From assembly GCF_002113885.1 (NCBI RefSeq), contig NW_018407979.1:656226-720225 (forward strand): a stretch of DNA of 64,000 nt. The letters run 5' to 3'. The DNA comes from Mizuhopecten yessoensis (taxonomy: Eukaryota). Below are positions 1-12,429 of the stretch, piece after piece. Within the stretch, counting starts at the first letter, position 1. Each line of letters opens with the position of its first letter. Both the position numbers and the translations under genes were made by a program. The notes under the pieces were generated by a model. That model saw only the letters and a program-made list of their open reading frames with translations, ran no database searches and had not been told where the DNA came from.

Positions 1-1030
1 GATCCCCGTAGGGTTCCACATAACACCAACAACTTACCCGAGTACTATCTGATCGTTCTTCATAAGGTACGTATATACTCCATCACCGCCTGTTAGCAAG
101 CATGTCGTGTGGTAGTTTGTGTGTGTGTGTATATGACTGTGTCGCACGTCTATATCAGGGTATATAAACATTTAAACGTTATCGCACAAACAGCTACACG
201 GCAGTATAGTACATAAATGAATATATACACACATTCATGGGATCAAAATCCGGTTCATAATGTTAAATTTTCGCTTTTTTTAACTGCACCTAAACACGTG
301 ATTGATAAAACTGTTATTGTAAACCAACATGACTTGTAAGATTTACTTATATTACGCACCTGTAAAACCTTACCTCTATTCTGTAGACAATACGCTCATT
401 ATCCAAGCTGCTGCTGTCTGTGGGGTTTAAATCACATCGCGTCCATGAAATACCAATCACATCTTGTAATGTAAATCATTGCATTTGATAAACCTGTTCA
501 CTGAATCGTCACACGAAAATGTTGAAGTAACGTGACTAAACGTATTCATATATGCGCAAATGACAAACATCTGTACACTAGCACACCTGTCGCCCCCCGA
601 TGATAAGGTGTTGATACGGGTTAGCGTTGCCTTGGCAACCTCATGCATTTTTTGTGCATGTATTTAAAGACTGCGTGTTATTTGGAGCAGTATGTAGAAA
701 AAAATAATAATAAATTAATTTATTAGAACTTTTTATTGAAGTTACCTTTTTTTTTTCTCTCTCGCCATAATGATTTTATTCAGGTAACCGTTTACCATGT
801 ATTAAAATGCGATTAATGTCCCCCTCCCCCCTCATAATCGAGGTTTTATTTTGTGCCTCCTGTTACGGTAAGCATTGAAGACACCAAAATCACAAGGAAG
901 CAAATACACCAGCAAATGACCTTAGCTGCTCATAAGAGCTCTCGGGCGCCGTCAACAATACACTGACGTCACGTCAACAATGCATTACGGCTTGTCAACA
1001 ATGTTTTTTAAGGAATGATTTTTATTTTTT

Positions 1031-1155
1031 CAACATTTATGAGGTCATAACAACAATGGGTTTATGGACATATTGAATGAATCGCGTTAGCGATTCATGT
1101 AAAATATGTCCAAAAACCCATTGTTGTTATGACCTCATAAATGTTGAAAAAATAA
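1031..1155. repeat. Near-perfect 125-bp palindrome (hairpin), possibly a MITE or foldback element
   Basis: Arms CAACATTTATGAGGTCATAACAACAATGGGTTT.TGGACATAT flank a central loop, ATGAATCGCGTTAGCGATTCAT, that is itself palindromic. It explains the overlapping opposite-strand ORFs 1077..1298 and 1095..1322. Confidence 0.8.
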
Positions 1156-2869
1156 ATATCATTCCTTATATTTACATTGACGAATCCTTTCAGTGGATCG
1201 ATATAACAACGAATAAAACAAATAAACAGGGTTTGTTCCTGCTTATACACGGGTGCAACGCAGTGGCGAGAACAGTGTTTTTTCGCGGGGAAATGTGACA
1301 CTATCGTGAGAGATCTTAGCAACCGTCAACAACAATAACACAACAAAATGTAGTTCCATATTCAATGTTTATTTGTAGCACAGGACACGTGAATACGTGG
1401 ATATTTCACAAAGCACAGTTCAATAATATTTTAAGATGTAAGAATTAAGCATCTAGTTCGGTCGTTCCGAGTGAGTAGTTTTTGTAGTGTATTACTACGC
1501 AGTGTGATCAGGTTACTATCAGTTCCCACGTGCTGAGATTCTATGAACACCTGTGTTATGCATTTATGAATGTAATTTTTGTCAATGGGTCTAAGCATAC
1601 AGAATGTAAATATTAGCCCGTAACGTCAATATTGCATTATATATATCAGGTTCTACAGGGTAAGACTAAAAGAATAATTTACCTCCTTGCCTCATGTTTG
1701 GCAATTTTGGCAATTTAAGAATCTGTCCCTTCGAGGTTTGAGGTCCCCTATCTCATCCCAAGGAGTGATTTTTTTTAATCCCACATGAGTGTTCTGTATG
1801 GGGCAAGTTATCTTACACCCATTACGTAGATATAGCGGTAATCAAGATCTGGCTCAGATACTGTTTGTAGATTTTTATCAATCTACCTGGCGACATTTTC
1901 CAATGACGTCATGACAATTTTAGGTTCATATAATAGTATTTCGTTTTCTACCTGACAGAGTATTTTTGACGTTGTTTGAGTATCTGGCGTATATATAATG
2001 GTGTACGTTTAATCAGCTATATGCTATTCTGAAATACCTACCTGTAGCAGTACAAACTCATCATCACTTGTTGTCAGTATGAGAATACTCGTTAAATTGA
2101 GAACGGCTTGAGAACAACGTAAGAAAGGATTTCCCCATTTGGTTATGTTTATGGTTTAAATAGAATGTCTGATCGCGGCAGATAAATATCAAGAACTGGA
2201 AATAGTACCCACACAAAGGTGTGCCATGTGAGAAAATAAAATAGTCTGTCGTGAAGAAATACTAATTAGATTATGAAAATATTATTGATATTGTGAGGAC
2301 TATCTTAGTTTAAAGGTTAATTGCATTTCTTCGCGCTGAACTTCTATTTATTAACATTTGTCACAGACCAACCGGGATCTCGATGACCATTAGGCCTTAA
2401 AAGACGGTTGAAAGATGTGATGCTAGTTGACTTTCAACGAATAGAGAAATATATAAGGTAGTAGTATATACGACAAACAGTGTATCATACAATGTTTTCA
2501 AGATTCATTGTGAGATTTTTTTTTTCATCTGGAGCACGTGTGTAGTAAAAAGGTAATAACAAGCTTAAGACACGATTATATGGGCCAGTTCACGTAAAAA
2601 CTGATGATATTCTAAATTTTGAAGAAGAAATTGTTTATGGCTTAATAATTATATCAACCACTGGTTCTAAACCCCCTTCAATTCTCTGTATTAAGGAATA
2701 TGTAAGATTTCCCGGGATTTTTTTCATTCCGTTTTTTTATTGAGTTCATGAGCAAAATACAACAGGTAGGCAAAACTTGCTCCATATGCTTGAAAGTATA
2801 TGATATTCAATTAGGAATAAGTAAATCAAAATATAAATGCATCATATATATATATATGATAGGGTTCCA

Positions 2870-3165
2870 TTTCGGGTACCAACACGTTACACTGCGACTC
2901 GCGGCACATCCGCTCAGCAATTATAAGCTTCTACAGCCGAACCAGCATGACACGTCGTGATAGGAAGTTCTCAGCTAGGCTTCTAAGGGAGATGTCCGCT
3001 CAGCAAGATTATACAGCCGAACCAGCATGACACGTCGTGAGAGGAGGTTCTCAGCGATGCTTCCAAGGGAGATGTCCTCTGAGCAAGCTTCTAAAGGCGA
3101 ACCAGCATGACACGTCGTGATAGGCGGTTCTCAGCGATGCTTCCAAGGGAGATGTCCTTGTGGTT
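2870..3165. repeat. Tandem repeat of about 60 bp, about 4.5 copies
   Basis: Units ...gagatgtccgctcagcaa..tacagccgaaccagcatgacacgtcgtgataggaagttctcagc.aggcttc.aaggga... Confidence 0.85.
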
Positions 3166-3779
3166 GTTTCAACCACTTCTGCCTCCCTTGTTATTGTACA
3201 GGGCGACGGTTTCAGAGTCTGACTTGTGACACAGCTTTATTCCTACACTGACAGCATTATTTTCAGCACTTGATCAAGTCTAGATGAACTCAGTCGTTAA
3301 CAGGAGCTTTTCCTGGTGACAGACTGTCAGTTGCCTTGTTGAGTTCCTAAGACTTTGGCTCAGGGTCTAATTAATCCCTAATGGGTAGATGGTCAATTGC
3401 GTCAAGTGCGCAGGGAACAGCTCAGAGAATTGCTCCGTCCATCTCTCCATCTGCTTTGTATACTTGGAATTATAGTAAACTTCAAAATGACGCTGATCCG
3501 ATTGCGTTCATAGCTATATGAACGCAATTTATTTTGGTAATGCTCATTAAAGAACTTGCAGTTGAAATGTAAATAATATATAAGATTGAGTAATGTTTTT
3601 TTCCTCTACGAACGGGATTGGTGAATACATTTTACGCATCTGTCTAAGATTAGTAAATGGTTTTAAAAACATCAATGTCATAGATAACGTAGTCTAATAT
3701 AAGGAGAATACTCTACAATGATGTCCAAAATATGTCGTGAAGTAGATAATGTACTCAAATGAAGGTTATACAGTAGTCT

Positions 3780-4030
3780 AAGATAAGTCGAAAGGTAGAT
3801 ACCGCTCCCTAATAAATGCCGATGACGTCGCTCATGATAAGCTTTCAGGCCTATGTAAACTGAGTACTCAATGACCTCATTAAAAATACGACGTCAGGTA
3901 AATAAAGTACTTGCAATCTCAATGACGTTATAAAAATAAGTCTTCAGGGAGATACTATAAGGTACTCTTTTATAGCCTAAAATCTCAATGACGTCATAAA
4001 CATACACCGTAAGGCAAAGAAAGTATTAAA
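3780..4030. repeat. Three tandem copies of about 60 bp, each carrying a CRE/AP-1-like TGACGTCA core (ctcaatgacgtcat)
   Basis: Motifs at about 3836, 3925 and 3988. Confidence 0.6.
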
Positions 4031-5654
4031 ATACTAAAATATTAACGTATTATAATGCTCAATAACAACGAAAAAAAAAAGGTTAAAATATATTAATATT
4101 TTTCCGTCACATGGTAGGATATAGTAGTGTTACCTGGAAAAACAGTGAATGAATAAATAAATACATATTAAGAAATGGTATCAAACAAGCACTAGAAAAA
4201 GTTATTCTATGAAAATAGTCTGATATGATGATAGGATAGGCAGCACGAGTTGGGGTGCCATAGGCGACTATATTGGTATTCACACATGCGCAAAATAAAT
4301 TAACATGATGTTAGTTTCTTTACGATGCATATACCATATAACATTGGACTGCTCTGCCCCTGTGAATTACAACCAGTTAAACAGAATAAAACCCCATAAT
4401 TTGAACTCAAATTCGATAAAACCAGTGCAGAATATGAATAAAAGAAAGATAAAAATAGAGACTTTTGAAAAAGTACAAGGCTAATATGGGTAGGTGTTCC
4501 AAAAGGGTAAGCGTCTATTGCGTCATCGACTTTTGCCATGTTAATCAGGGCCAAATCCAAATAATGTAACGTTCTCAATGCAGGTTCTGGGGTAGTAACA
4601 ACAAGGAACACTAATGAACACTAATATCGTCCTTCATAACAGACACAGAAATAACGTTTTCCCCAATAAGATCATGAGGGCCACCATACAAACTCGTCCA
4701 TAGTCTTCAACAACCTGAATCTTTGAACCCTCCCAGAGAGGAATTTACTAATAGACTGGCGCTGTCTTTTGTTGCGATCAACAAAGACACTTTACATAAG
4801 GTTATGCTTTCCCTCGCTAACCATTAACGACAGGAGTAAATCATGGTGACATTTTTAATTGCCAGAGTTATTTCTTTTAAGCAGTGATATACGCTTTTTA
4901 CTATTTGTCGAATTTCAAATAAACCTGAACCATGAGTCATAGAAGGACGAAACAGCTGTATGGTGCAGTGTATTTCTTTATTTGCATACTGGTTCCATTA
5001 TCAAATTTTAAAGGTACAATCCCCTGTGTTTATTTTACGTTCGTTTTATATATTGTAACCTTTTATGAAATATCAAAACATTGTACAAAAGTGGAAACGT
5101 CTATGGTATATTGTTTTAGTGGTTATAGCGATTTTTAAGCACTATTATATATATATATATAGCCTGATGGTGACATAAGACTCCTTATTGGTGGGTAGCG
5201 AAGCATGTCATAGCAAATCTCTGTTTAAAGGTTCCTGTACCACTGACGCTGAAACTGTAACGAAGTGCTGGAAACCTTCATTTGGTCGTGACTATAGCTT
5301 TGATAACTCCTTGTTTCTGGAAAGAACACCACCCCTTACGGGACTTTAATAGGAATAATGGAGATGAAATAAACAAAATATAACCAACAACAGTGTTCGG
5401 AGGGTACAATTCAGTGGAATTAGACCGGGATTTGAACCCTAGACTTAAGATTGTTATGTTATTGCTCTAACCGAGGGAGCTTCCTGGTCCATCCTTGCTA
5501 CAGCTAGATCCAAACGGAAGTTTGCTGTAATTGGGAAAAATCCACAGCGAAGTGGGGCAGGGATCCTTAAGTTTTGTAGCAACATACTATTTATAGAACC
5601 CCTGTATGTGGCGTACGTGATATACAATTTCACAGAATTAATTAACTATTTATA

Positions 5655-5774
5655 ATGACGAAGGATGTAATATTTGTTTGTGGTTCGTCTCGTAGTAGGA
5701 TTGCACCTGACCTTGCTAGAACGTGCCGAATGGACATCCAAGGTGAAGGACACGGGCTTGGATCAAAACAGGAG
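5655..5774 (+). CDS. Candidate first coding exon of argininosuccinate lyase (start at ATG 5655 or at the internal in-frame ATG 5730)
   Basis: Open frame ending ...GSKQE at a CAG GAG|gtatat donor in phase 0, which matches the phase-0 acceptor of the first recognisable ASL exon (7687). Locally GC-richer. A TATA-like 'tatttataa' overlaps the upstream ATG. No ASL homology in this short stretch. Confidence 0.25.
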
Positions 5775-6354
5775 GTATATAGATTACTGTTCATAATTAA
5801 CCATCAATTTATTTGACGTACATAAAAATTTCCTCGGTAAGGGGTGCCCAGCGTAAAAATACATTTAATTAAGTAATATTTAAAACCCATTGAGGATTCC
5901 GACGCAAAATTGCATTTGATGCCGAGAGTCGAATCTGTCCCTTCCAGGTATCCTACTAGATGTTATTACGGAGAGTCAAAAAAATCAGGTAAACTGAATT
6001 GAAATTGTATGGCATAGTCGTGACGAACAGATGATATCTTACCACAGTACTGATTTATTTTTCGTTTGCAATTTTCACGAATTCTTCTTGTATTTTTGAA
6101 AAAAGCAAACACACTATTTCGCGATGTTAACACTTTTAACATATACATATTCAAAAGATCTCATTTTTTGGTGTTCTAAAAATATTCAGTTTTACATTGT
6201 TCACCAGCTACGTTGCACACTCACTGTATTAAGCGATTAAACCGAATTAATACAATATAGCACATGTTTATGCGGTTTGGTTTTGTCGCCTTTTTAGCTC
6301 AACTTGCACAAAGTGCATGCGAGCTTATGGTTTGCTACAGTGTCATCCGTCCCT

Positions 6355-6570
6355 TACATCTTCAACTTTTTTTTTAAAGAACATCCCTATCAAAAACTAA
6401 AAGAATTAGGGAACTAATATTTGGCAAGTACATGTAGGTACCTAGGGCGGAATGCAAGACAATGGCGTAACATAATTGATTTTGACCTTTTGACCGACTT
6501 TTTCTTTTAAGAACATCCTCTTGAAAACTAAAAGATCCAGGGAAGTGATACTTGGCAAGTAGGTACCCGA
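6355..6570. repeat. Tandem duplication of about 115 bp (ttttaaagaacatcc..tcaaaaactaaaaga...ttggcaagta...)
   Basis: Two adjacent, roughly 80%-identical copies. Confidence 0.7.
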
Positions 6571-7010
6571 GATGGGGTGCTAGAATGTCTCGTTATAAAG
6601 ATGACCTAGACCTTTTGTCAAGGTTGCAGGTGGCTTAAATATGTTTAAAAAAATCGCGAACAACAAAAAGGTCTATGCTTTGTAGATTCAAAGTGTGATT
6701 TATTTTCTAACATATTTTGTCAGAAGTCAGCTTAGTTTAATGATACTAGGATATGATATGTATCTCCAGCAGTGATTTTTTAACGGAATATTGGTAAAGT
6801 CAAAGGTCAACATTGTCTACTGGCCAGGGTAAAAGTTTTACATGGGCTACAACAGGTAAAAAGAATGGGGGAATATTTTTCCATTGTTTCTTATATATCA
6901 AAGTGAACGATACAGGCGCTCTGGGCCTCTTGTTGTATTTGTCAATGTGACGCTTTACTGAAATCATTTGCAATAATAATTTTATAGAATAACACCATCT
7001 TACTATAGAT

Positions 7011-7100
7011 CACACGTATTCACGTTCGATCGGGAAATCGAACTCCGACCGCCTTAGTGAAAGACGAGTGCGCTATCCACTGTGCCACCAAACCATCCTT
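7011..7100 (-). other. tRNA-like / SINE-head-like segment (possible tRNA-derived repeat)
   Basis: The minus strand reads ...GGTGGCACAGTGGATAGCGCAC...GGAGTTCGATTTCCCGATCGAAC, with D-loop-like and T-loop-like motifs. I could not fold it into a canonical cloverleaf. Confidence 0.3.
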
Positions 7101-7195
7101 AAAAATGACGTGTTAACTGCGGTCTTTGGTCAATTCAATTCTATAAATAAATCACTTTTCATATGCAGCATGTTTCTTACATGTACATAGTTTAT

Positions 7196-7292
7196 GTAAT
7201 GCGCGTGAAGTAAATTATTACTGATGGGGTTTTTCGTGATCGTAGATATGTAATGCGCGTGAAGTAAATTATTACTGATGGAGTTTTTCGTG
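7196..7292. repeat. 47-bp direct repeat, 2 copies (atgtaatgcgcgtgaagtaaattattactgatgg.gtttttcgtgatcgtagat)
   Basis: Directly visible. Confidence 0.9.
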
Positions 7293-7686
7293 ATCGTAGA
7301 TATCCTTACCAATGTCGCTGTATCTAACGTCATTGTCAAATAACTATTGACTGTCACGGACCAATATCTCATTAGAACATTTATTTAGAGAATAAGCGTG
7401 AATGACAACATTTTTTGCAAAACTTTATCTCTTTAATTATTGGAAGAATTATAATATATTTGTATATTTAAAATTATTTGGAAAAATAATTGATTACGTA
7501 ATTGTAAACAGCTTCATCATGTGTCCAAGTCTACGCACTATAGAAAAAAGTATTGTTAGGTGGAAGGTTGGATTGAAATGATCGCAAAAATACTTTCGCA
7601 AACTAGATGTAACATAAGGCTTGAAAACATCATACCTTTGTTTGCTATTCTACCAGTTACCTCAGATGTGACTTTTGTTCCCACAG

Positions 7687-7794
7687 ACAGAGAAGTTATG
7701 GGGAGGCAGGTTCACAGGAAACACGGATCCGGTGATGGAAGCTTTCAATGCGTCTATTCACTATGACAAGCGGATGTGGCGAGCGGACATACAG
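7687..7794 (+). CDS. ASL: Argininosuccinate lyase exon ([36 protein letters not shown])
   Basis: Matches the ASL N-terminus (KLWGGRF...DPxMExFNxS...D). Acceptor cccacag|, donor CAG|gtttgt. Anchored on ORF 7675..7860. Confidence 0.85.
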
Positions 7795-8379
7795 GTTTGT
7801 CAAATTGTATTTGGAGCGATTTATTATTCTACCATCCGCCTTTACGAGTTTATATTGTAAACATGATCATAATGATAAAACAAAATGAAGAGAGTATCGT
7901 AGCGTAAACAAAAGAGGAGGGACGCTAGTCTAGTGGTAGGACGGTAGCCTAGTGGTAGGACGCCGGGTTCGTGATCGAAGGGTTAAAAGTGTAAAATCGA
8001 ACTCAAAATCGACGAAACAATAGTAAAAGATGAACAAAGTAATGATTTGCACTGACCCCTCTGGTGCGAGACGACAAAGAGTCCGTGTTCACGAAGAGGT
8101 GCTGGACATATAATATCCCGTCTGTTAATATTTTCCGAAATCGTAAATTATCAGACTCAAATGTGTATGGTGTTCAAACACGCAATGTGTTATTCACCGC
8201 ACCGGAGTGTTTAAAGTAACAGGAGTCTGCATGTCATGGTTGATAAACTGCACTAAAGTCGTTAAAGTAGCAGACTTTCATATGTCTTTTTGAGTGAAAG
8301 TATCAGAAGTTTAAAAACAAGTAAGTTCTGTGTCGTGTGTTACTCCAGAGACTTTTTATATCGGTTTACATGGCATAGT

Positions 8380-8880
8380 TGTTTGCATACGCCACAGAAT
8401 GTTCAGGAGTATTCATGCCACATATCAATCCATATTTCAGACCCTATTCTAAGTATTAGGAGTGCATTTGTAACCTGATGCACAACTCCAGAGCCTGTTC
8501 TAAGCACTAGTAGTTTACATGTCACAGTTAATTTGCTATTCACGAGTTTGTTTAAAATACCAGTAATTTATTCATCACAATTCATGAGTTTCCATGTCAA
8601 CGCTAATTTGCTATTGCAGACTCGGTTTAAGTGTCGGGAGTTTACATGTCACTGTTAATTTTGCTGTTACAAAATCTGACTTGTATAAAACATCTCAACT
8701 CTTGAGATTTCCTCAAGTCTAATATTTCCCATAGACAATACATTGCTTGAAATTTTCCTTATATTTGAGATGTTTTATACAAGTGGGCCCAGGAGCTCAC
8801 CTGTCACAGTTTAATCGCTATTCCAGTGCTCGCCCTAAGCAATAGAGTTTACATGTCAATGGCGATTCGCAGTACATAAT
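8380..8880. repeat. Degenerate tandem repeats of about 85 bp (agtttacatgtcac.gttaatttgctatt...), about 5 copies, with an embedded 19-bp-arm inverted repeat at 8680-8800
   Basis: The repeated motif and the palindrome are both visible (cttgtataaaacatctcaa ... ttgagatgttttatacaag). Confidence 0.7.
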
Positions 8881-9156
8881 ATGTACTCACAACTGTAGCT
8901 AAAGTAAACCATCGGGAAATTGATCAAGCAAATGAATGTGACATTTAAATACATTTTAAATAAACGAAAACATTCTGCAAAATGTTGGTGTCATACATCT
9001 GTCAATATGTGTAAACGTAGATTGAAAATTTTTCCTGTATATAACATACTCAAGTCATGACCATGGTCATCAGCCACAATATATACACAAACAAATGAGC
9101 TTAGGTTTAATCGATATTTTTGATTTAATGTTCTTTTATTCGACATAAAAAGCATA

Positions 9157-9372
9157 CTGTATAACATGAAATGTTCGCTGTGTATAGATATTCTAGGTTT
9201 TTTATGGTTCCTCTTGAACCTCGAAAATGAATACAACGAATTCAATTTGTATTCATGGCTTCTCTTTGTTTACATGGGAAACCCACGTATATTTGAACCG
9301 CGAAACAACCTTAATGGTCTCGAACCACGAACTAAAATACCCACGAACATTTCGTGTTATACAGTATAAGTA
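9157..9372. mobile_element. MITE, family B, copy 1 (in an ASL intron)
   Basis: About 22-bp terminal inverted repeats: ACTGTATAACATGAAATGTTCG ... CGAACATTTCGTGTTATACAGT. The internal sequence is shared with the copy at 18221. Confidence 0.65.
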
Positions 9373-9432
9373 TTTTCATTATGAAGATACTTTCTATTTA
9401 TTTAATTGTGCTGTAACTTTATATGGTTATAG

Positions 9433-9519
9433 GGGAGTAAGGCCTATGTGTCCGCCATACAGAAGGCTGGCTTGGTCACAGTCCAGGAGAGGGACGCCAT
9501 TCGCGAAGGACTAGACAAG
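9433..9519 (+). CDS. ASL: ASL exon (GSKAYVSAIQKAGLVTVQERDAIREGLDK)
   Basis: Aligns to human ASL [29 protein letters not shown]. Acceptor ttatag|, donor AAG|gtcagg. Phase 0 to 0. Confidence 0.85.
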
Positions 9520-10744
9520 GTCAGGTGCAGTTCAGCAAGACATGTTTTTATACAATATTGGGCTTTCATCTCTTGTTGAAAGAATGTGTCATAGTCCGTG
9601 ATAAGGTTCTTGGCAAGCATCACGAATGAATTCTGTAAATCATTCAATTTTCGCGAGCACATTGCGAGTTGCTGAATTACTGAAATGAGCTAAAACAAAT
9701 GTATAGCTATGTCTGAAGAGTAATACTAAACATGATAATTACAAGGGTCAACTCTCACGGGAGAGGCTTGTATAGGCATCACGCCTGTTGCCCAATTCCT
9801 TTTGAATTTGTATCAGTTACAATATTCAATGAAATCTTTGTCAAAATGAAAATAAACTCTCCCGGGTGCTAAACGTGAAAATTCCTATCACATAAAAGAT
9901 AAGGGATGTTTCATCATGGATAACATAGTATCTCCCATTGACTGATAAAAAACAATCCATTTTTTGCGGTTACCTGTCGGCTGATTATGACCTTTACGTA
10001 CACAGCTCTACCTGTGAGGCCATTCACAACAGACCCTCACATTTTCCCACCCCTAACCTGTTAATTGTCAAGCTACCATGCAGGAGACAGTTTTTATGTA
10101 AATTGATTCCATTATGGCATTTTGAACTGAGAACGTATGTTGGTTGTTGATTACACTCAATTATCCTATTTTTAGTATCAACAGTTACGGTAAACAACTA
10201 ACAAACCAAACACACACAATGGAAAAGATATTGTCTTCATCTCCTATGAGAATGATAAATCAAGGATTTTTTTACGTTTTTATCTTCTCTAAACTCAAAA
10301 CAGTTTTTTCATAAATCTCACAGGAAATGGAAACGATATATAATTCATCATATTACCAAGATGTATGCAAATACAGTAAAACCCCGCAAACTCGAACACG
10401 ATGGTAGGGTCCAGATCAATAGTTCGAGGAATACTTGGTATTAGACGAATCCGAGGTTTGACCGACTATCGTCAATTTTTCAACATCATTTTGATTTAAT
10501 GCCAGTTTGTTCAGGTCTTCAATACGATGTTGCAATGTCATAATTAACTTGATGTTCATGATAATACTTATGACGTCACATTTCAGCACGTGTTCCTACG
10601 TGTGGTAGCATTGAACAGCTTGACATAGTTGTATAACCACAAAACATGTGTGATAATTGAACTTACGATGCCACTTTAATCCGTGGACGTCCTTTTAGAG
10701 TATGACTTTTTCAATTTAACACAATTTCGTTTACTTCTTTAAAG

Positions 10745-10828
10745 GTTGCTGAAGAATGGGCAAACGACGTATTCGAGATACGACCAGGAGATGAAGATAT
10801 CCACACCGCGAACGAGCGGCGTCTGAAG
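10745..10828 (+). CDS. ASL: ASL exon ([28 protein letters not shown])
   Basis: Aligns to VAEEW...[14 protein letters not shown]. Acceptor ctttaaag|, donor AAG|gtagcc. Confidence 0.85.
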
Positions 10829-11436
10829 GTAGCCCTGCTCATTTCCCATGTTTATAACACGTCTAGCGCATTAAAGACTGATAACAAAAATGTAGTAAAA
10901 GATAGCAATCATTCTCCGCCTGCTTTCTTGTATTGCATTTGGTCCTCAATTTTATTCTATATTTCCCATTGCCCTAAGTCAATTACAGTACCTAGTATTA
11001 GTAAAATATTACCCCTCGTTTGATGTGATCCCCAATTTATTTCTTTGCCGAGTCCAAGCCCGTACGTAGCCCGTCAACCTGACAATCGAATATGTCAATT
11101 TCAAACGTTCAGGTGGACATAACAAAGGTTCACTGAGGCAGTGGGAGCATACACGATCTTAACGATTGCAAAATAACTTTTGTAACAACCAGAAAATTAA
11201 TAATGACAAAATGAAGAAATAAACCGATGTAGCAATGATGTAATAAGCAGTATTGGCTGTGTACTTTTGACTGTGGTCCAAAAGTACCAGATATTATTTC
11301 TTTCCTTTGTATATATTGGAAATTCGGTACCAATCGATTATTCAGGTTTGAAACTCTATATGACAGAACATTGATGATTTATTTACTGATTCTGTACAGA
11401 GACAAGGTGATATATCACTTATATCCATCGTGACAG

Positions 11437-11591
11437 GAGCTGATTGGACCTACGGCGGGAAAACTCCACACTGGCCGAAGTCGAAATGACCAGGTCACTA
11501 CGGACATGAGGCTGTGGTTACGTGACGCCCTTACAGAGCTGAAAACATGTGTCATTGACCTTATCAAAGTCATGATCAACAGGGCCAAACT
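11437..11591 (+). CDS. ASL: ASL exon ([30 protein letters not shown]...VMINRAK)
   Basis: Contains the fumarate-lyase signature [13 protein letters not shown]. Acceptor gtgacag|, donor CT|gtacgt (phase 2). Confidence 0.88.
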
Positions 11592-12094
11592 GTACGTAAT
11601 ATATTAAGTGTTTATGTTTCTAATCGCCACTCCAATTTATTACCATGATATTTTGATTTGGATTCATCTGTTTGACGTAAACTCTTATGACATAGAGACA
11701 TTGTTGTTAGACCTTAGTATTGACGCAAACTCTTATATAAAGTAGCCATTGTACACGTAACATTCGAATTGCGTTGGCTTTATATTAGAAAAAAAACACC
11801 TATATCAGCATCCACTGTCCATGTACATATGTTACATGCATATGATCGTGCTGTAATTCCTTCTATTTAGCATGATATATCTGCATGTTGATAAGCTAGT
11901 CGAGTCCCTCCTAATCACAATCTCTCATCATCATTAAGTTAGACACAGTGGAATTAGGAATCCTTATGAAGCACTCTCCGCAAAATAAGTAGTTTGATGT
12001 ATAAGATATAACTCCCGCAAATTAGAACGCGAGTAACGTGGATATTTTCAGATGTAAATTGAACTATGTTTTTATTCATGTTTTGTCCTTGTAG

Positions 12095-12172
12095 AGAAAT
12101 AGACGTGCTGATGCCTGGTTACACCCACCTTCAAAGAGCTCAGCCAATCAGATGGAGTCACTGGTTGTTAAG
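12095..12172 (+). CDS. ASL: ASL exon ([26 protein letters not shown])
   Basis: Conserved [17 protein letters not shown]. Acceptor ccttgtag|, donor AG|gtaacc. Confidence 0.88.
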
Positions 12173-12429
12173 GTAACCGTTTTATATCCATGTCCATTTT
12201 GGTCAATTTTTTCTTTATATTGAATAAAACCCACAAGTCTTAAAGAGTGATTCCCGCTTGTTTGCGGTATTTTCATTCATATAACCGTATTATTTGTTGG
12301 CATTGATAACAACTAAATAAAACACCGCAAAAACGACACCACCTTGTTTGCTTGCATTGGAAATGACAAAATCTTTTTTTGCAAGAATCGTAATTTTCAT
12401 TTATTCATATGTGACAGCCAATGTGCTTT

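Noticed and set aside
5400-5480. tRNA-like segment (minus strand ...GGGTTCAAATCCC... T-arm-like)
   Set aside because: No anticodon stem or acceptor pairing is found. Treated as a degenerate tRNA-derived repeat. A similar partial motif at 7921-7975 (tagtggtaggacgccgggttcg) was also rejected.
7011-7100. Possible tRNA gene on the minus strand (D-loop-like AGTGGATAGCGC and T-loop-like GGAGTTCGATTTCC)
   Set aside because: I could not build a canonical 7-bp acceptor stem or a 5-bp T-stem. It is more likely a tRNA-derived SINE head or a fragment. Run tRNAscan-SE to confirm.
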